A DNA stretch of 51,111 nucleotides, from contig JAEOTB010000115.1 of assembly GCA_016840065.1 (NCBI GenBank), positions 1 through 51,111 of the forward strand, in the 5' to 3' direction. A model generated the notes under the pieces. The model was given only the letters and a program-made list of their open reading frames with translations. It was not told where the DNA came from and did no database searches. This document shows, one piece after another, positions 47,285 to 51,111 of this stretch. The position numbers and the translations under genes were made by a program. Every line of letters starts with the position of its first letter. The first letter of the stretch is position 1. The DNA is from Candidatus Hermodarchaeota archaeon. GTDB lineage: Archaea > Asgardarchaeota > Hermodarchaeia > Hermodarchaeales > Hermodarchaeaceae.

Positions 47285-48193
47285 TTACACTAGCGAGACA
47301 GCGATTGCTGTGAGCATTATCCCTAGAACGCAGGCAATGATGCCAGCTAGTGTACGCCACCCTACTTTTTCTTGTAAGCCCCGCCAACCAATTATTGCAG
47401 CAAAGAGTGGTGTTAACGATGATAGAATAGTTGCTGGAGTAGTACCTGCTAGCAGAAGGCCTACTGTGAAGGCGATGTATCCTGCAGCGAGTGCGATTAT
47501 TCCACCAGCGCCTAGAATCCACCAAGCCCGTCTTGATATACGAAAACCATCCCGTCCCTTTTTAGTACCTAAGGCTAGTGGTGTCAACACAACAAGGGCG
47601 ATGACAAGTCGAAGTATTGCTACTAGAATTAAGTGAGCAGTTTCAAGTACCTCAGACAACATGATAATACTGATGCTCCAAGAGATTGCAGTAGCTAATG
47701 CCGCCGCTGCACCTAACCATAATGCGCGCTGAGCTACTTTTGAATCGACAGATATCGAGGAGTCTAGCTGGCTTCCCAACAGAATTACTCCAATAACAGC
47801 ACTGAAGGCTGCCAGGATCATTAGAGCGTGTACAACTTCATGGAGGAAGACAAACTGGAGAACCACCACGAATATTGGGTAGATTGCTGTAAGTGGGGTG
47901 GCTCGACTGATTCCAATACGCTGTAAGGAGATGAAGTATAGTACGTCGCCAATGACAAAGGCGAACAGGCTACTCCCTAATATTAACCACATATCCGATA
48001 GGGTGAGAAGGTACGTAAGAGGATAGACGTTTAGGAATAGCCCGATGACGGCTAGTGTAGCGAGGGCTGGTGTTGATCTTAAGACATTCGCTGTAATCGG
48101 CGATACATTTGCAGCACCCTTCTTGTAGAGGGCTGCACTCACTGCCCAACAGAATGCGGCAATAACAGCAGCTGTCAAGCCTAGAAGCATCAT
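47285..48193 (-). CDS. EamA/DMT family transporter
   Basis: About 10 TM helices in two EamA repeats. Confidence 0.88.
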   Translation of the reverse strand: MMLLGLTAAVIAAFCWAVSAALYKKGAANVSPITANVLRSTPALATLAVIGLFLNVYPLTYLLTLSDMWLILGSSLFAFVIGDVLYFISLQRIGISRATPLTAIYPIFVVVLQFVFLHEVVHALMILAAFSAVIGVILLGSQLDSSISVDSKVAQRALWLGAAAALATAISWSISIIMLSEVLETAHLILVAILRLVIALVVLTPLALGTKKGRDGFRISRRAWWILGAGGIIALAAGYIAFTVGLLLAGTTPATILSSLTPLFAAIIGWRGLQEKVGWRTLAGIIACVLGIMLTAIAVSLV

Positions 48194-48247
48194 AATAGCT
48201 CATCCCCTTATATCGGTCACTCCTTTATTCTTTGGTTTGTGGATGTG

Positions 48248-49819
48248 TTATTGGTGTTTGGATTTCAACAAGGGGAATAGGCGGCTGAGTTCGGGTGATA
48301 GGAGCCGGGGTATCTTGCTTTGTACTGGATCCTTTCCTTGCTTTAACAGCACAGCTTCAAAGCCGCCAAGCTCGACAGGAGTAATGACTGGTTTGGATAA
48401 TACACCGACTTCACGTTGATATTCATAATAGATAGTCGCTTGATGGAGGAGTTCATCAACAACAGCTGTAAACTCTTCAAGGTCGCTTGGAGGTTGGGTG
48501 AATTCGATGAACAGATGGTGTCGCGTGTATTTTTCGGTGATTTCGGGTAACAATGCAAAATCTACAAAGCTAGTACTAAACTTCTCACAAGCACTATCTA
48601 GAGCCCGGAGAAATAGTTCCTCACTCATTCGTTCTCCAACGATATTCACAAGTGCTGTTTTTCGGCTTATTTCACCAAAGATTGGCGGGTCCAGTTCGCT
48701 AAAGGTTACAAGATCCCCAAGATCATATCTATAGAAGCCACCATTGTTGGTAAGAAGAATGCGGTAGGGTTTTCCCTGCTTCACTTCGCTGAGCGGAATC
48801 GGTTGAGCAGCCTCTTCTTCGTCTGGTATGAATTCGAAGAAGGTTCGGTTAATCCTTGGAAAAAGCCCTTTCTCTGGGTAAATCTGGACACCAAGCGACC
48901 CTTCATTGGCCCCATAAGTTTGCCAAATGTCAATGTCGTCCCCAAGTAAATCGTATATGATTCTCTTATGGTGTGTGACTGACATTCCTCCTGAAATGAA
49001 TACACGAAAGTCAGGCCAGAGTTCCTTGAGGTCGATTATTCCGTCTTGTGAGACTTGGCGGAGGCGGTTCTTTGTTTTATTATCCAGTTCTGGGTCAGCA
49101 AGAAATCGGTCTAGATATTGATTTCTAAGCTTACTAAGTAATGATACAACATTGGCGGTTACACCAATTGTTGTTCTGACATCAGCTTCAGCCGCGTATC
49201 TTGCGGTTAGATAGGCTTTCTTTTCGTAATCACGGATTGCGCTTACTTCCCTAGGTGGTACACCTCTTGGGTTCCCCCCCAAGAGTTGTAAATTGGTTGG
49301 TAGTGGGATATCTGTTATCGCCCCTGAGAAATAGGCAATATCATATGGACCAATCCTTCTACCAGTATTGGGCGGGGAGATTAGAGATAGAGCCGTTCCA
49401 TCCATTACATCGTAGTTTCCAGTGTGGACCATGTAGAAGATGCTTCTCTGTAAGAAATCCTGGGTTAGCTCCTGAACCCTGTGTTCGCCCAATGGGAATT
49501 GTTTGGGGATTCCTGAGGTGCCAGCTGTTTCTAGAAAAATCAGGATTTTATCAGGAAATAGAACGTTCTGTTCTCCCTGACCGCATCTTTCGATATAGGG
49601 CTTCATACTATCAAAGCTGCCGATGGGCACCCTTTCTTGGAAGTCCTTGATAGATTTTATCTCTGCGAAACCGTGCTGCTTTCCAAAAACTGTATTCTTG
49701 CAGCGTTTCAGTATCCTTCGAAGGCAATTCTCCTGAGCAGCAGCTGGGTCCTCTAGTTGTTTCAGCAGTGGCAGGCACAATCTCTTGTAAGCTAGCCCAA
49801 CAAGAGGCTCTCGGGACAT
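48248..49819 (-). CDS. GH3 family acyl-acid amido synthetase-like protein
   Basis: T.FGK.HGF, TAGTSG, YGANEG, FFEFIP and GG.YRYDLGD. Confidence 0.88.
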   Translation of the reverse strand: MSREPLVGLAYKRLCLPLLKQLEDPAAAQENCLRRILKRCKNTVFGKQHGFAEIKSIKDFQERVPIGSFDSMKPYIERCGQGEQNVLFPDKILIFLETAGTSGIPKQFPLGEHRVQELTQDFLQRSIFYMVHTGNYDVMDGTALSLISPPNTGRRIGPYDIAYFSGAITDIPLPTNLQLLGGNPRGVPPREVSAIRDYEKKAYLTARYAAEADVRTTIGVTANVVSLLSKLRNQYLDRFLADPELDNKTKNRLRQVSQDGIIDLKELWPDFRVFISGGMSVTHHKRIIYDLLGDDIDIWQTYGANEGSLGVQIYPEKGLFPRINRTFFEFIPDEEEAAQPIPLSEVKQGKPYRILLTNNGGFYRYDLGDLVTFSELDPPIFGEISRKTALVNIVGERMSEELFLRALDSACEKFSTSFVDFALLPEITEKYTRHHLFIEFTQPPSDLEEFTAVVDELLHQATIYYEYQREVGVLSKPVITPVELGGFEAVLLKQGKDPVQSKIPRLLSPELSRLFPLLKSKHQ

Positions 49820-49943
49820 AAGAAGATTACACCCTTAACTCAACAAAAATGCTGCCTATTCTACACCACTAATTACGGGCGCTGATCGAACCCCGAATTT
49901 TTAAAGTTCAGAATCAATAATTGCCTTGTTGGTGAATAGTAAA

Positions 49944-50363
49944 ATGGTAACTTACTCAGGAAGAATCAGTCTGAAAACAAAGGGTGAACCTGAAATCGTT
50001 GATATAACGGGTGAGGTTGAAGGGCATGTGAAATCTAGTGGGATTAAGTCAGGGCTGATCACCGTCTTTGTCACTGGATCTACTGGAGCTATTACAACCC
50101 TTGAATACGAACCGGGATTGCTCAAAGACCTTCCAGCAGCCTTTGAACGCTTCGCTCCGAAGGAGGCGGTTTATGAGCATCATCTTCGTTGGCAAGACGG
50201 CAACGGACACAGTCATGTTCGGGCAGCAATCATCGGTCCTAGCATCACAGTACCAATCATTGATAGTCGTATGCCCCTTGGCACATGGCAGCAAATCGTA
50301 TTCCTTGAGCTGGATAATCGTCCACGTCAGCGTACGCTAATAGTGCAAGCCATGGGAGAGTGA
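49944..50363 (+). CDS. yjbQ: YjbQ/UPF0047 family protein
   Basis: E.EPGL..D, NGHSHVRA and LGTWQ.I...E.D..PR.R. Confidence 0.92.
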   Translation: MVTYSGRISLKTKGEPEIVDITGEVEGHVKSSGIKSGLITVFVTGSTGAITTLEYEPGLLKDLPAAFERFAPKEAVYEHHLRWQDGNGHSHVRAAIIGPSITVPIIDSRMPLGTWQQIVFLELDNRPRQRTLIVQAMGE

Positions 50364-50450
50364 CAAGAGCTATCACAACCAGAAAGGTATTGCCGCAATC
50401 CAGCCTCTTAAAAGAAATGATATACAAATTCTGTATTCGAGGTTAATCTA

Positions 50451-51111
50451 TTGAGAAGGCGGCTTAATCCAATACTAGCATTGTCGTTTATCCTTCTTTT
50501 TTCTCTCCTTGTCGGAGTACAACCCGCCAGCTTCACCAGCTCTGGTGTTTCTAGTACCTCTTGGAGCTATGCTTACGGCGGAACCGACTACGATAACGGC
50601 TATTCAATCACAACAGTAAGCAGCGGGGGATTCATAACAGCAGGGAATACGCAATCTTATAGTCGAGGCTACTCTGACCTCTGGGTCGTTCGCATCACAG
50701 AAGCAGGGCAGGTAATGTGGCACCAGAGTTATGGTGGCCGAGAATGGGATGAGGAGACTTGGAGTCCGTGGACGCAAGGAGCCATAGGCTTGTTCTCAAT
50801 CATTCAATGTCAAGCGGGAGGTTTTGCCATCACAGGTCAGACTCCATACGAGCCAGGACACTGGGAGTATGGAGGACCTCGCAATGACGTATGGCTCGTC
50901 CGACTAGATGAAACTGGGACCATGTTATGGAACCAAACGTATGGAGGAGAAGGCGAGGATTGGGGAACCGACGTCATTGAATGCAGTGATGGCGGATTCT
51001 TGGTTGCTGGCATGACGCGGAGTTGGGAGTTCATTGAAGGAGAGCTCTTATTGATTCGTTACGATCAGAACGGACAAGAGATGTGGCACCGATATTACGG
51101 TGGACCCCACA
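50451..51111 (+). CDS. Secreted beta-propeller repeat protein (3' truncated; not in the ORF track)
   Basis: My translation from TTG 50451 gives the signal peptide MRRRLNPILALSFILLFSLLVGV, then repeats W...YGG...D.G..I....GGF..AG.T......D.W.VR....G...W. Confidence 0.85.
   Translation, partial: MRRRLNPILALSFILLFSLLVGVQPASFTSSGVSSTSWSYAYGGTDYDNGYSITTVSSGGFITAGNTQSYSRGYSDLWVVRITEAGQVMWHQSYGGREWDEETWSPWTQGAIGLFSIIQCQAGGFAITGQTPYEPGHWEYGGPRNDVWLVRLDETGTMLWNQTYGGEGEDWGTDVIECSDGGFLVAGMTRSWEFIEGELLLIRYDQNGQEMWHRYYGGPH

Noticed and set aside
31-51034. Numerous short antisense or alternate-frame ORFs in the track
   Set aside because: They are shadows of well-supported genes and carry no recognisable motifs.
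1-51111. CRISPR arrays, tRNA/rRNA genes, IS elements, integrases
   Set aside because: None recognised by eye. Intergenic gaps are short and non-repetitive, so there is no evidence that the SMC-Ubl locus is on a mobile element. A covariance-model search was not run.

Overview
Gene-dense archaeal chromosomal window. An Asgard archaeon is inferred from two Rab-like small GTPases, a longin/uDENN-like protein, TrpB2, a ubiquitin-type cascade and an Smc5/6-type SMC. The flanks hold ordinary metabolic genes: H+-PPase, acyl-CoA dehydrogenase and ligase, malic enzyme, larBCE, TrpB2, GH3 and YjbQ. The standout is an ~11.6 kb locus (18533-30095) of three tightly coupled gene runs. (i) On the minus strand: Smc5/6-like SMC, putative kleisin, Nse1/Nse3-like KITE and an Nse1-type RING variant. 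(ii) Divergently on the plus strand: a ubiquitin-like protein ending VG-IK, an E2, an acidic disordered protein, a second RING paralogue and a transglutaminase-like Cys-His-Asp enzyme. (iii) Convergently on the minus strand: a degenerate Hef/FANCM-like helicase, a JAB/MPN+ peptidase and an E1. The disordered tails of the E2, acidic protein and RING carry repeated motifs resembling SUMO-interacting motifs (SIMs). Together this looks like an Smc5/6 complex physically linked to a complete Ubl conjugation and deconjugation cascade. All assignments come from reading motifs by eye; no searches were run. I recognised no RNA genes, CRISPR arrays or mobile elements.
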